From NCBI GenBank assembly GCA_020057405.1, contig JAGVFW010000015.1, positions 1-28,199 of the forward strand: a stretch of DNA of 28,199 nt. The letters run 5' to 3'. Source of the DNA: an archaeon. GTDB taxonomy: Archaea > Micrarchaeota > Micrarchaeia > Norongarragalinales > UBA97. Below the pieces are notes generated by a model. The model saw only the letters and a list, made by a program, of their open reading frames with translations, was not told the origin of the DNA and did not search any database. The number at the start of each line of letters is the position of its first letter. The first letter of the stretch is position 1. Positions 7,906 to 15,493 of this stretch are shown here, piece after piece. A program made the position numbers and the translations under genes.

Positions 7906-7930
7906 AGCTTTCGGCAGTGGCTTGCCGGGG
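7906..7930. repeat. 25-bp direct repeat, right copy
   Basis: Identical to 7257-7281; lies 6 nt beyond the AMP phosphorylase stop codon. Confidence 0.9.
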
Positions 7931-7936
7931 ATAGAG

Positions 7937-9448
7937 CTAGACGACTTCGAAGACAACGCGCTGGAGTTCGATGACTTCGGTCTTGCGCGCGGCTTCCTCG
8001 CCTAGTTTGAGCGACTCGGAAGTGCTTGAGTAGAGTTCAAAGAGTTCTTGTCCCGGCATCACGCGCTGGCCTTTTGAGACCTTGATTGCGATGCCTGCGC
8101 GCTTGTCGCGGGGAGAGCCGAGTGCGCGAAGCACGTGGGAAATCGCCTTGTTGTCAATGTGGTTCACCGTGCCTTCCGATTTTGCAAAGAAGGCGGCCTT
8201 GTGCTCGCCGGGTGCCAGGTCGGATTCCTTGACGTCAGGATTGCCGCCCTGTGCTGCGATGATTTGCTTGAACTTTTCGTACGCCTTTCCGTTCTCGAGT
8301 TGGAAACGCGCGATGCGGTTGCCCTCCTCCTGCGTCACGCCGCGGATGAGGTGTAGGAGAACGCCGCAGGCAAAGCAGGCTTTGTCGGAGAGTCGAGCCG
8401 AGCCTTCCTTTCCGCCGCTGGCCAGCGTGCGTATGACTTCGCGCGCCTCGAGAGTCGGGCCGATGTAGGACATGAGCGGCTCGCTGCCGTCTGAAATCAC
8501 TGCAGAGACGCGCAGGCCAAGCCGTGCGGAAAAGACTTCAAACGCCCTGGCGAGTTCACGGGCTTTCTCAAGCGACTCGACTTTGGCGCCCCGTCCGGTT
8601 GGAATGTCGAAGACTACATACTTGGCGCCCTCGGCCTTCTTTTTTGCCAAGATGCTTGAAATGAGGAGCGGCTGGGGGTCAAGGCGAAGCGGATTTCGAA
8701 TCTTGATGAGCTTGTCGTCGGCAGCGGCGATGTTTACCGCCCCGCCCCAGACGATGCAACCGCCCGCCTCCTGCAAAACAGCGTGGATGCGCTTTGAGTC
8801 AAGGGCGACCGGGGCGAGGACTTCCATCACGTCGGCTGTGGCCGCCGCGCTGCTTATCGCGCGGCTGGCGGTCTTTGGCATGCATACGCCGAGCGACGCC
8901 ATGATTGGCACGATGAGCATGCTTGCCCTTCCGCCTGCAACGCCGCCAATGCTGTGCTCGCTTGCGGCTGGTTCAAAGGGAGGCTTTAGCACTTCCCCGC
9001 TTGCGATAATCGCTTCAGTCAAGGACGCAGTCTCATCCGTGCTAAGGCCGTTGATGTAGACTGACGAAATGAAGCTGGCTAGCTCGGCACTTGAAAGCCG
9101 CTGTGCCATCAAGTCGTTGATGATTGCGCTAATCTCGTGGCCGGTTAGCACGCCACCGTCAAGCTTCTTGCGCACGTAGTCAAGGCTCGCGGGCCGCCGA
9201 GTCGGCTCGACCTCGACAGCGTGGCCGTCCTCCACCTGCAAAACTTCGGCAATCTCGTGGAACAAGCCTATTTCGCCGGGCTTGAGGTAAGTCGCGGACT
9301 GGTCGACGATGGCTTGGGCCACAAAACCGTTTGCCTTAAGCTGGAGCCTGTCGCCGACGGCAAAATCCATCGCCTGGGCCTGGACGCTGTTAAGCACCAC
9401 TTCGTTGTGGCCCTGTTCTATGTCAATGACTTTTGCAAGGAGCTTCAA
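7937..9448 (-). CDS. AMP phosphorylase (thymidine phosphorylase family with archaeal N-terminal extension)
   Basis: 503 aa. Motifs SLDYVRKKLDG, HSIGGV, PKTASRAISSAAATADVMEVL, WGGAVNIAAADDKLIKI, SSILAKKKAEG and DIPTGRGAKV. Confidence 0.9.
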   Translation of the reverse strand: MKLLAKVIDIEQGHNEVVLNSVQAQAMDFAVGDRLQLKANGFVAQAIVDQSATYLKPGEIGLFHEIAEVLQVEDGHAVEVEPTRRPASLDYVRKKLDGGVLTGHEISAIINDLMAQRLSSAELASFISSVYINGLSTDETASLTEAIIASGEVLKPPFEPAASEHSIGGVAGGRASMLIVPIMASLGVCMPKTASRAISSAAATADVMEVLAPVALDSKRIHAVLQEAGGCIVWGGAVNIAAADDKLIKIRNPLRLDPQPLLISSILAKKKAEGAKYVVFDIPTGRGAKVESLEKARELARAFEVFSARLGLRVSAVISDGSEPLMSYIGPTLEAREVIRTLASGGKEGSARLSDKACFACGVLLHLIRGVTQEEGNRIARFQLENGKAYEKFKQIIAAQGGNPDVKESDLAPGEHKAAFFAKSEGTVNHIDNKAISHVLRALGSPRDKRAGIAIKVSKGQRVMPGQELFELYSSTSESLKLGEEAARKTEVIELQRVVFEVV

Positions 9449-9596
9449 ATCAACCGCAGGGGTTTATTAAACGACGGGGCAATAAATGTTTGTAATTAAC
9501 CCCGCCTAGCTGCGGGCAGGTGGAAGGGCTTCAGGAGCGTCGGGACGCAAGCGCTTTTATACGCTATCCGGGCCTAAGAAACTACAGTGATTGATT

Positions 9597-10703
9597 ATGG
9601 CAAACGATTTTGACAACGCAATTGAGTCTCGCTTGGGAAGCGGCGGTTACGGCGCGAACCAGGAAAGGCAACAGCAGATTAGCGAAGAGGACAAGGAACT
9701 GGCAGAGTTCCTAAAGGAAAGCCTGCCCAAGATTTTCGTAGTCGGAAGCGGGGGAAGCGGCTGCAACACTATTAACCGCATGGTTGATGTCGGCATCTAC
9801 GGCGCCAAGCTCGTTGCGATGAACACTGACGCGCAACACCTGCTGAAGAGCCACGCTGAAAAGAAGATTCTCCTTGGGCGAAAGACCACCCGCGGCCTAG
9901 GTGCAGGCAGCAACCCGTCGGTCGGGGAACAGGCTGCACTAGAGAGCGAGGCTGAGCTCAAGACCCTCTTTGAAGGGGCCGACCTGGTCTTCGTCACCTG
10001 CGGCATGGGCGGCGGCACCGGCACAGGAAGCGCCCACGTGATTGCAAAGGCGGCAAAGGACGCGGGCGCACTAGTCGTCGGCGTTTGCACAACTCCATTT
10101 ACTAGCGAAGGCAAGCGACGCAAGGAAAACTCCAACATCGGCCTTGAGAAGCTGCGGCGCATTGCAGACACGACGATTGCAATTCCTAACGACAAGCTCC
10201 TTTACTTCGTCCCCGACCTGCCCCTAAACGCGGCGTTTAAGGCAAGCGACCTCGTGCTGACGAATGCAGTCAAGGGCATCACCGAACTCGTGACCAAGCC
10301 CGGCCTAGTCAACCTCGACTTTGCAGACCTTCGCACCATCCTTGAAAAGAGCGGCAGCGCGATGATTGGCCTCGGGGAAACCCAAGGTTCCGACACAAAG
10401 GACCGCGTCATCGCCGCGGCAGAAAAGGCACTCAACTCCCCGCTCCTTGACGTCGACGTTCACGAGGCCGACAGGGCACTCATCAACATCATCGGCGGCG
10501 AGGACATGACCCTTGGCGAGGCAGAGGCCGCAGTAAACGCGATTTCGAGCCGCATTTCGCCCAACAGCCACGTGATTTGGGGCGCGACGCTTGATGACAA
10601 CCTCGAGAACAAGAGCGTGCGCGTCTTGGCAGTCCTCGCAGGCGTAAAGAACATTGACACTGAGAAAGTCGAGGAAGAAATCGACCTTGACTTTGTCGCG
10701 TAA
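9597..10703 (+). CDS. ftsZ: Cell division protein FtsZ (FtsZ1-type by gene context)
   Basis: Motifs VVGSGGSGCNTINRM, NTDAQHL, GMGGGTGTG and VNLDFAD. Lies upstream of secE-spt5. Confidence 0.97.
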   Translation: MANDFDNAIESRLGSGGYGANQERQQQISEEDKELAEFLKESLPKIFVVGSGGSGCNTINRMVDVGIYGAKLVAMNTDAQHLLKSHAEKKILLGRKTTRGLGAGSNPSVGEQAALESEAELKTLFEGADLVFVTCGMGGGTGTGSAHVIAKAAKDAGALVVGVCTTPFTSEGKRRKENSNIGLEKLRRIADTTIAIPNDKLLYFVPDLPLNAAFKASDLVLTNAVKGITELVTKPGLVNLDFADLRTILEKSGSAMIGLGETQGSDTKDRVIAAAEKALNSPLLDVDVHEADRALINIIGGEDMTLGEAEAAVNAISSRISPNSHVIWGATLDDNLENKSVRVLAVLAGVKNIDTEKVEEEIDLDFVA

Positions 10704-10717
10704 TTACTGGTGAAAAA

Positions 10718-10921
10718 ATGGTTTCATTTGACCCCAACGCACAGATAATCGAGCCGGTCCAGAACTTCATCAAGCAGTCCGAGCGCGTGATTAACGTCAC
10801 GCACAAGCCCCGCGGCGCCGAGTTCTGGCAGATTGCCTACATTACCGCAATCGGAATGGCCGTAATCGGCGTCATCGGATTCGCGATTTCAATGACATCT
10901 GATTTCTTAAGACACATGTAG
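10718..10921 (+). CDS. secE: Protein translocase subunit SecE/Sec61-gamma
   Basis: FIKQSERVINVTHKPRGAEFWQIAYITAIGMAVIGVIGFAI; conserved position. Confidence 0.93.
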   Translation: MVSFDPNAQIIEPVQNFIKQSERVINVTHKPRGAEFWQIAYITAIGMAVIGVIGFAISMTSDFLRHM

Positions 10922-10931
10922 GTGGTTGGAA

Positions 10932-11366
10932 ATGTTATTTGCTTATAGAGTAACTGCAGGACAGGAAGCCATCGTAGCCGATTTGCTCTACGAAAAAATC
11001 AAGAAGATGCACGCACCAGTCGCCGCCCTCATCACGAGCCCGCGGCTGCGCGGCTACGTCATTGCCGAGGCAAGCGACGAGCTTGAAGCCAAGCGCGTCA
11101 TCACGAACGTCCCCCACGTAAAGGGCGTGCTGCACCGCTCAATGCTCATCGGCGACATCCGGGAACTCCTCGAGAGCAAGCCCGCCGAAATCAAGCTTGA
11201 AAAAGACCAGCTCGTTGAAATCATCTCGGGCCCGTTCAAGGGCGAGAAGGCAAAAGTCGTGCGCGTCAACGCCGAGAAAGAAGAAGTGACCGTCGAGCTC
11301 ATCGAAGTGGCAGTGCCAATCCCCGTCACAATCAAGATGGGAATCCTGAAGGCAATAACGAATTAA
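10932..11366 (+). CDS. spt5: Transcription elongation factor Spt5/NusG
   Basis: NGN domain (RVTAGQE, LRGYVIAEA) and KOW domain (VEIISGPFKGEKAKV, VELIEVAVPIPVT). AGGTGG SD upstream. Confidence 0.95.
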   Translation: MLFAYRVTAGQEAIVADLLYEKIKKMHAPVAALITSPRLRGYVIAEASDELEAKRVITNVPHVKGVLHRSMLIGDIRELLESKPAEIKLEKDQLVEIISGPFKGEKAKVVRVNAEKEEVTVELIEVAVPIPVTIKMGILKAITN

Positions 11367-11380
11367 GCCGCTTTTGCGGC
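11367..11380. terminator. Small perfect hairpin between convergent genes
   Basis: GCCGC-TTTT-GCGGC directly after the spt5 stop, followed by a T-rich tract on the plus strand. Confidence 0.5.
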
Positions 11381-11382
11381 AC

Positions 11383-12114
11383 TTATTTTTTCTTTTCCCT
11401 AGTGTCCAAGGGCTTCGAGAGCAGACAGAGGAAGGTCTCTTTCCTTTCGGGGTGCGCCATTATGAACCTGCCGCGCAGCTCACTGGAAGGCTGCTTTGAA
11501 ATGAGCTCGGCAAGGTCCTGTTTCTGTGCGAGGTCTAGTGCCGCGGGCTTGAGGCCTAGAAGGTACTTGCCTTCAAACATACCGCCCGATTCGGCCTCTG
11601 CTTTCGTTATGTCCTCCATTGAGCCAAAGTAATCGCGGATTACTTTCGGGATTGGCCGCCCGTCGTCGGCAAGGGAGTGCGTGAGAATCGGGTGGACGGT
11701 CAGGATGTGGTACTTGCTTTCAGTCAGGTAAGATGGGCCCAACTTAGCAAAACTTGAAAGGACGAAATCTCTTGGAAGAGCGTGACTGTCGTGAGACTCG
11801 CCGTGGACGGCAGGGTGGTCTGAAAAAAATTGTTCGAGAAACCAGCAGTCGATGCGGCCCTTGTGCAGACGCAGCACGTACCCTTCAGTCATCAGCTCGG
11901 CGGCGTTAGGGACGGCAACGCTAAGACCGCGGGGAGTCCGAAAGTCATAGATAACGCCCGGAACCTCACCTAGGACTTCCCCCTCGGGATTCAGGTGAGT
12001 CAAACGGCTGCCGACAGGCTTCAATAAACCAGACAAAAGCCTGTGAACAGCATCAGAGTGCTTCCACAGCCGGTCGTAGGCAATTGTAGCTAACGTCTTG
12101 CGGGCAGTCATCAA
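11383..12114 (-). CDS. Hypothetical protein (243 aa)
   Basis: Long ORF filling the gap, with a TATA-like TTTTTATA just upstream. No family recognised. Confidence 0.7.
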   Translation of the reverse strand: MMTARKTLATIAYDRLWKHSDAVHRLLSGLLKPVGSRLTHLNPEGEVLGEVPGVIYDFRTPRGLSVAVPNAAELMTEGYVLRLHKGRIDCWFLEQFFSDHPAVHGESHDSHALPRDFVLSSFAKLGPSYLTESKYHILTVHPILTHSLADDGRPIPKVIRDYFGSMEDITKAEAESGGMFEGKYLLGLKPAALDLAQKQDLAELISKQPSSELRGRFIMAHPERKETFLCLLSKPLDTREKKK

Positions 12115-12162
12115 ATACCAAAAAGTGTTGCGATACTATAAAAACAATCCGCGAAACCGCGA

Positions 12163-12402
12163 TTACTTGATTTTGAAAACTCTTCGGGCTTGGTCCAAGT
12201 GGTTCTGAGCCAAAGGCCGACCGTGGCTTATTGCGGTTTCGAAGTGAGCTAACAAGTCGGCGTGATGAGCAGGACTTCCCTTGAATGTTTTTGCGTCAAT
12301 ATGTTTCACTATCAGACCGGCGTTTGCCCGCAGTGGAGCTGGGACGTGAGTTTGACTAACAAGTATACTGCGAATCTTGATGATTTCTTGAGTTTTGTTC
12401 AC
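12163..12402 (-). CDS. Hypothetical protein (79 aa)
   Basis: GTG start preceded by a strong GAGGTGA SD; fills the gap downstream of scpB. Confidence 0.65.
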   Translation of the reverse strand: MNKTQEIIKIRSILVSQTHVPAPLRANAGLIVKHIDAKTFKGSPAHHADLLAHFETAISHGRPLAQNHLDQARRVFKIK

Positions 12403-12431
12403 AAATCACACCTCAGTTTTAGTAATCACGC

Positions 12432-13085
12432 CTACGTCGCGCCCATCTGGAAGCTTTCCTTGAACTTTTCGGTCGGCTTTAGCAGGCGCGTGGCGCCGTG
12501 CTTGTCGGAAGTGATGTAGCCGCGGTCCTTCAGCTCGTGAATGTAAGCGTAGATTTCTCCGCGGAAGTAGCGCTTGAGCTCGCTTTGAAGCATATGGCCT
12601 TTCTTCGCGATGAGGGAAAGCATTTTCGTTCCCTTGCGCGAGAGGTCTACTTCCTTGCTCAGGTGGGAGACCGGCGAAAGGTAGTCGGACTTGACTTGCA
12701 GAGCCACGCCGTCGGAACTTATGACGACTTCAAGGGAACCGCCGCGCGAGGCGTACTCGGCTCTAAGCTTCTCGGCCAGGTCCCGCGCCTTCTTCACGCT
12801 CGTCTTTGCGACTAAAGCTAGCTCGGGATACGCAAGCGACTTGTTGCCCAGAAAAAGTGCCGCTTCCATCACGCGAAGCGGGTCGAACTTCTTTTCGGGC
12901 AGAACGGGTTTTCCCTCAAACGGCAGGCTGCCTTCGGGCAATTCAGGCTCATCGTCCGGACCGTCGTCCTTTAGGGGATTGCCTTCGATGGTGTTCTCGC
13001 CAACTTGCTCCTGTTCCTCTAGGGGAACGGGAACGTCCTCACCCGGGCCTTCGGGAATCTCGTCATCGTCAAGGTCTTCAGGCAT
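12432..13085 (-). CDS. scpB: SMC-Scp complex subunit ScpB with acidic N-terminal extension
   Basis: RVMEAALFLGNKSL, L..EYASRGGSLEV, LQVKSDY, LSLIAKK..MLQSEL..RG..Y.YIHEL..RGYI and TEKFKESF match the ScpB tandem winged-helix pattern. ATG 13085 preferred over GTG 13115. Confidence 0.88.
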   Translation of the reverse strand: MPEDLDDDEIPEGPGEDVPVPLEEQEQVGENTIEGNPLKDDGPDDEPELPEGSLPFEGKPVLPEKKFDPLRVMEAALFLGNKSLAYPELALVAKTSVKKARDLAEKLRAEYASRGGSLEVVISSDGVALQVKSDYLSPVSHLSKEVDLSRKGTKMLSLIAKKGHMLQSELKRYFRGEIYAYIHELKDRGYITSDKHGATRLLKPTEKFKESFQMGAT

Positions 13086-13123
13086 GAGTGGGTTGCACCG
13101 CAGTTTTGTTGCCACCGCAGGTT

Positions 13124-13131
13124 TTTATAAA
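13124..13131. promoter_or_regulatory. Palindromic TATA box (TTTATAAA) between divergent scpB and rps2
   Basis: Clearest TATA-like element in the gap; readable on both strands. Confidence 0.5.
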
Positions 13132-13245
13132 CTCCGCCGGCCATACTATGTTTGGCTCTGGCGCCTAATTTCATTGCTCCGGAGACTAACCGCCCACCGT
13201 AGGCCCATTTGGCGCATGGTGGCTTGAATAGAGTTGATTGAGTAC

Positions 13246-13971
13246 ATGACAGAATTCCTCATCCCCCAGGAAAAGTATCTAGAGGCAGGCGCGCACATCG
13301 GCACCAAGATGAAGCAGGGCCGAATGAAAGAGTTCATCTACAAGACCCGCGAAGACGGGCTAAACGTGCTTGACCTCAAGAAGACCGACGAGCGCATCCG
13401 CGCAACCGCAAGACTGATTTCCAAGTACGAGGCGGAAACCGTCTTCATCGTCGGCAATAAAGACAATGCCCAAAAGCCAATTGACGAGTTCTGCAAGCTC
13501 ACCGGCTGCAAGTCGCTTAGCGGAAGGTTCACGCCAGGGCGGTTCACCAACCCCGAGCGCGACGACTTTGTCGAGCCGGCACTAGTGCTCGTGACTGACC
13601 CGGGTGTTGACCGACAGGCCGTGCGCGAGGCATTCGACCTCGGCATTCCAGTCATCGCCATTACCGATACGAACAACAGCTTCCGCTACATCGACATGGC
13701 CATTCCCGCAAACAACAAGGGACGAAAGGCCCTCGCGCTCGTCTACTGGCTTTTGGCACGACAGGTGCTAAAAGAACGCGGCTCGATTTCCACAGACGAG
13801 GAATTCCCCGCCAAGCTCGAGGACTTCGAGAGCGACGCACCCGCAATGCCCGCGCCCGAAGAGCGCAGGTCGCGATTCGGAGATCGGGGTGGCAGCGGAC
13901 GCGGCGGATACGGCGACCGCGGAGATCGCGGTGACCGTGGCGGCGGACGCGGTGGCGGAAGCAGGTACTAA
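13246..13971 (+). CDS. rps2: 30S ribosomal protein uS2 with a G/R/D-rich C-terminal tail
   Basis: Motifs YLEAGAHIGTK, GRFTPGRFTNP, DRQAVREA and IPANNKGRKALALVYWLLARQV. Confidence 0.96.
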   Translation: MTEFLIPQEKYLEAGAHIGTKMKQGRMKEFIYKTREDGLNVLDLKKTDERIRATARLISKYEAETVFIVGNKDNAQKPIDEFCKLTGCKSLSGRFTPGRFTNPERDDFVEPALVLVTDPGVDRQAVREAFDLGIPVIAITDTNNSFRYIDMAIPANNKGRKALALVYWLLARQVLKERGSISTDEEFPAKLEDFESDAPAMPAPEERRSRFGDRGGSGRGGYGDRGDRGDRGGGRGGGSRY

Positions 13972-14993
13972 ACCTGCCTTTCGACCACGTAGTCAATAAG
14001 TAGTTTGATTGCGCGCTTGCCGTCGTTTTCGGCAACGTGCGCGAATTTCTTTTCAAAAATGGCTTTCGCCTCTTTGGCGAAGGCAGTCATTTTCTCACGA
14101 GCGTAGTCGATGCTTCCCTTTTCCTTCATCTTGGTTAGCACGAGCTGCACGTCCTCCTCAGTCTTTTCGCTTCGAGGCTTGTTCATGATGGAGACGAGCG
14201 CCTCGCGTTCTTTTGCATTGCACTTGCGGAACAAATGAATGAGCGGCAGGGTGCGCTTGCCCTCGTAAATGTCGCCCGCGATTTCCTTCCCGTACTTGCC
14301 CTCCTCGCCAACGAGGTTGAGCAAGTCGTCCTGGATTTGAAAGGCCGTGCCGAACGGCTTGCCAAAGGCGTTGAAGGCCTTGATGTCCTTTGCCGGCGCC
14401 CCTGCAACGATAGCGCCGATGCGAAGAGGGTAAGTAGTCGTGTAGTGGGCCGTCTTTAGCTCGACGAGCTTGTAGTAGTCAACCTCACTTAAGTCCCACC
14501 GGCCTTTTCGCACTAGGCCCATCTCGAGGGCCTGGCCCTCGACAGTGTAGTTGCAGATTTCGGCAAACTCCTTGAAGATGCGCAGCGTCTTAGTCGCGCC
14601 AATGAGCTTGCGGTTGGCGTTGAGCGTCGACCACGTGCGCGCGAAGAGACCATCGCCTGCGTTGATTGCGCTGCCTTCTCCGTAAATCTTGTGGAGCGTG
14701 GGCTTGCCGCGCCTAAGCTCGCTTGCGTCCTGGATGTCGTCGTGGACGAGGAGGAAATTGTGCATGAGCTCAAGGGCGACTGCAGACGGGATTGCCTTTG
14801 AGGAATCGCCTCCGAACATTTCGCACGAGAAGAACACAAGGGCCGGCCTCAGGCGCTTGCCGCCGCGCAAGTTGTAGTCCCAAAGCATTTCGTAGTAGTC
14901 GTTGATTTCGGCGTAGGCACTTGAGCCGCGCGGGGGGAGAAAGTCCTTTAGGGACGCGTCAATGACATCTGATTTGCGTTTGAGGAGCGCCAT
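13968..14993 (-). CDS. idsA: Short-chain polyprenyl diphosphate (GGPP) synthase
   Basis: GGKRLRP; FARM HNFLLVHDDIQD..ELRRGKPT with bulky Phe at -5 (short chain); GQALE; KT; SARM FQIQDDLLN. Start is ATG 14993 or TTG 15011. Confidence 0.93.
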   Translation of the reverse strand: MALLKRKSDVIDASLKDFLPPRGSSAYAEINDYYEMLWDYNLRGGKRLRPALVFFSCEMFGGDSSKAIPSAVALELMHNFLLVHDDIQDASELRRGKPTLHKIYGEGSAINAGDGLFARTWSTLNANRKLIGATKTLRIFKEFAEICNYTVEGQALEMGLVRKGRWDLSEVDYYKLVELKTAHYTTTYPLRIGAIVAGAPAKDIKAFNAFGKPFGTAFQIQDDLLNLVGEEGKYGKEIAGDIYEGKRTLPLIHLFRKCNAKEREALVSIMNKPRSEKTEEDVQLVLTKMKEKGSIDYAREKMTAFAKEAKAIFEKKFAHVAENDGKRAIKLLIDYVVERQV

Positions 14994-15027
14994 CAGTTCT
15001 TCAGAATTCAACGCTAACACCGACAAA

Positions 15028-15492
15028 TTACTTCTTGGAAGAAGTGGATTGTTTGCCAACCGGCTTGCCGGGCTTTGAGGCGGCTGCCGCATTGCGCACG
15101 ACCTTGAACTTGTAGCCGTAGGCGATTGCGCCCTGCTTGCCGTCTTCGGAAATCTTGCGGAACACCATCTTGACTGGCGAATTGATTTGGATTGCCTCCG
15201 AGTCAGAATCCACAATCTGCGAAAGCAGGTGCACGCCATTCTTGAGTTCAACTATTGCCAAGTGGTAGGGTGCCTCAAGCTCAAACCCGGCAGGGGCTGC
15301 GTGAACGAGAGTGTGGCTGAAAATTTTTCCTTCTCGCGGCATGAGCTTCTGGACGATTTTCCCCTTGCGTCGGCAGGTGGGGCAAATCGGCCGCTGCGGG
15401 AAGTAGTCTTTGCCGCAGTTCTCGCAGTGGCTGCCTAAAAGCGAGTAGCGCTCCGGAATGTGGCGCCAAACCGAGGGGAGGAGTTGAGCCAT
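15028..15492 (-). CDS. DUF35 family Zn-ribbon/OB-fold protein (thiolase-HMG-CoA synthase scaffold)
   Basis: WRHIPERYSLLGSHCENCGKDYFPQRPICPTC, VKMVFRKISEDG and YGYKF; directly downstream of the thiolase. Confidence 0.92.
   Translation of the reverse strand: MAQLLPSVWRHIPERYSLLGSHCENCGKDYFPQRPICPTCRRKGKIVQKLMPREGKIFSHTLVHAAPAGFELEAPYHLAIVELKNGVHLLSQIVDSDSEAIQINSPVKMVFRKISEDGKQGAIAYGYKFKVVRNAAAASKPGKPVGKQSTSSKK
15051..15074. repeat. Interspersed repeat, variant B copy 2, inside the DUF35 C-terminal tail
   Basis: GTTTGCCAACCGGCTTGCCGGGCT, near-identical to 5108-5133; translated as KPGKPVGKQ. Confidence 0.65.
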
Positions 15493-15493
15493 T

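Noticed and set aside
7257-7930. CRISPR array or IS element reading of the 25-bp repeats
   Set aside because: Only two identical copies 649 bp apart, with no spacers, cas genes, transposase or terminal inverted repeats.
9449-9596. tRNA or other ncRNA in the AMP phosphorylase-ftsZ gap
   Set aside because: Only a short hairpin (CCCGC/GCGGG) and two TATA-like elements; no cloverleaf or T-loop motif.
13181-13191. GGAGACTAACC shared with 18147-18157, both in divergent intergenic regions
   Set aside because: An 11-mer match is expected many times by chance in 28 kb, and the flanks do not align.
15012-15251. Long N-terminal extension of the GGPP synthase given in the ORF track
   Set aside because: It overlaps the DUF35 gene in another frame; the recognisable protein starts near 14993-15011.
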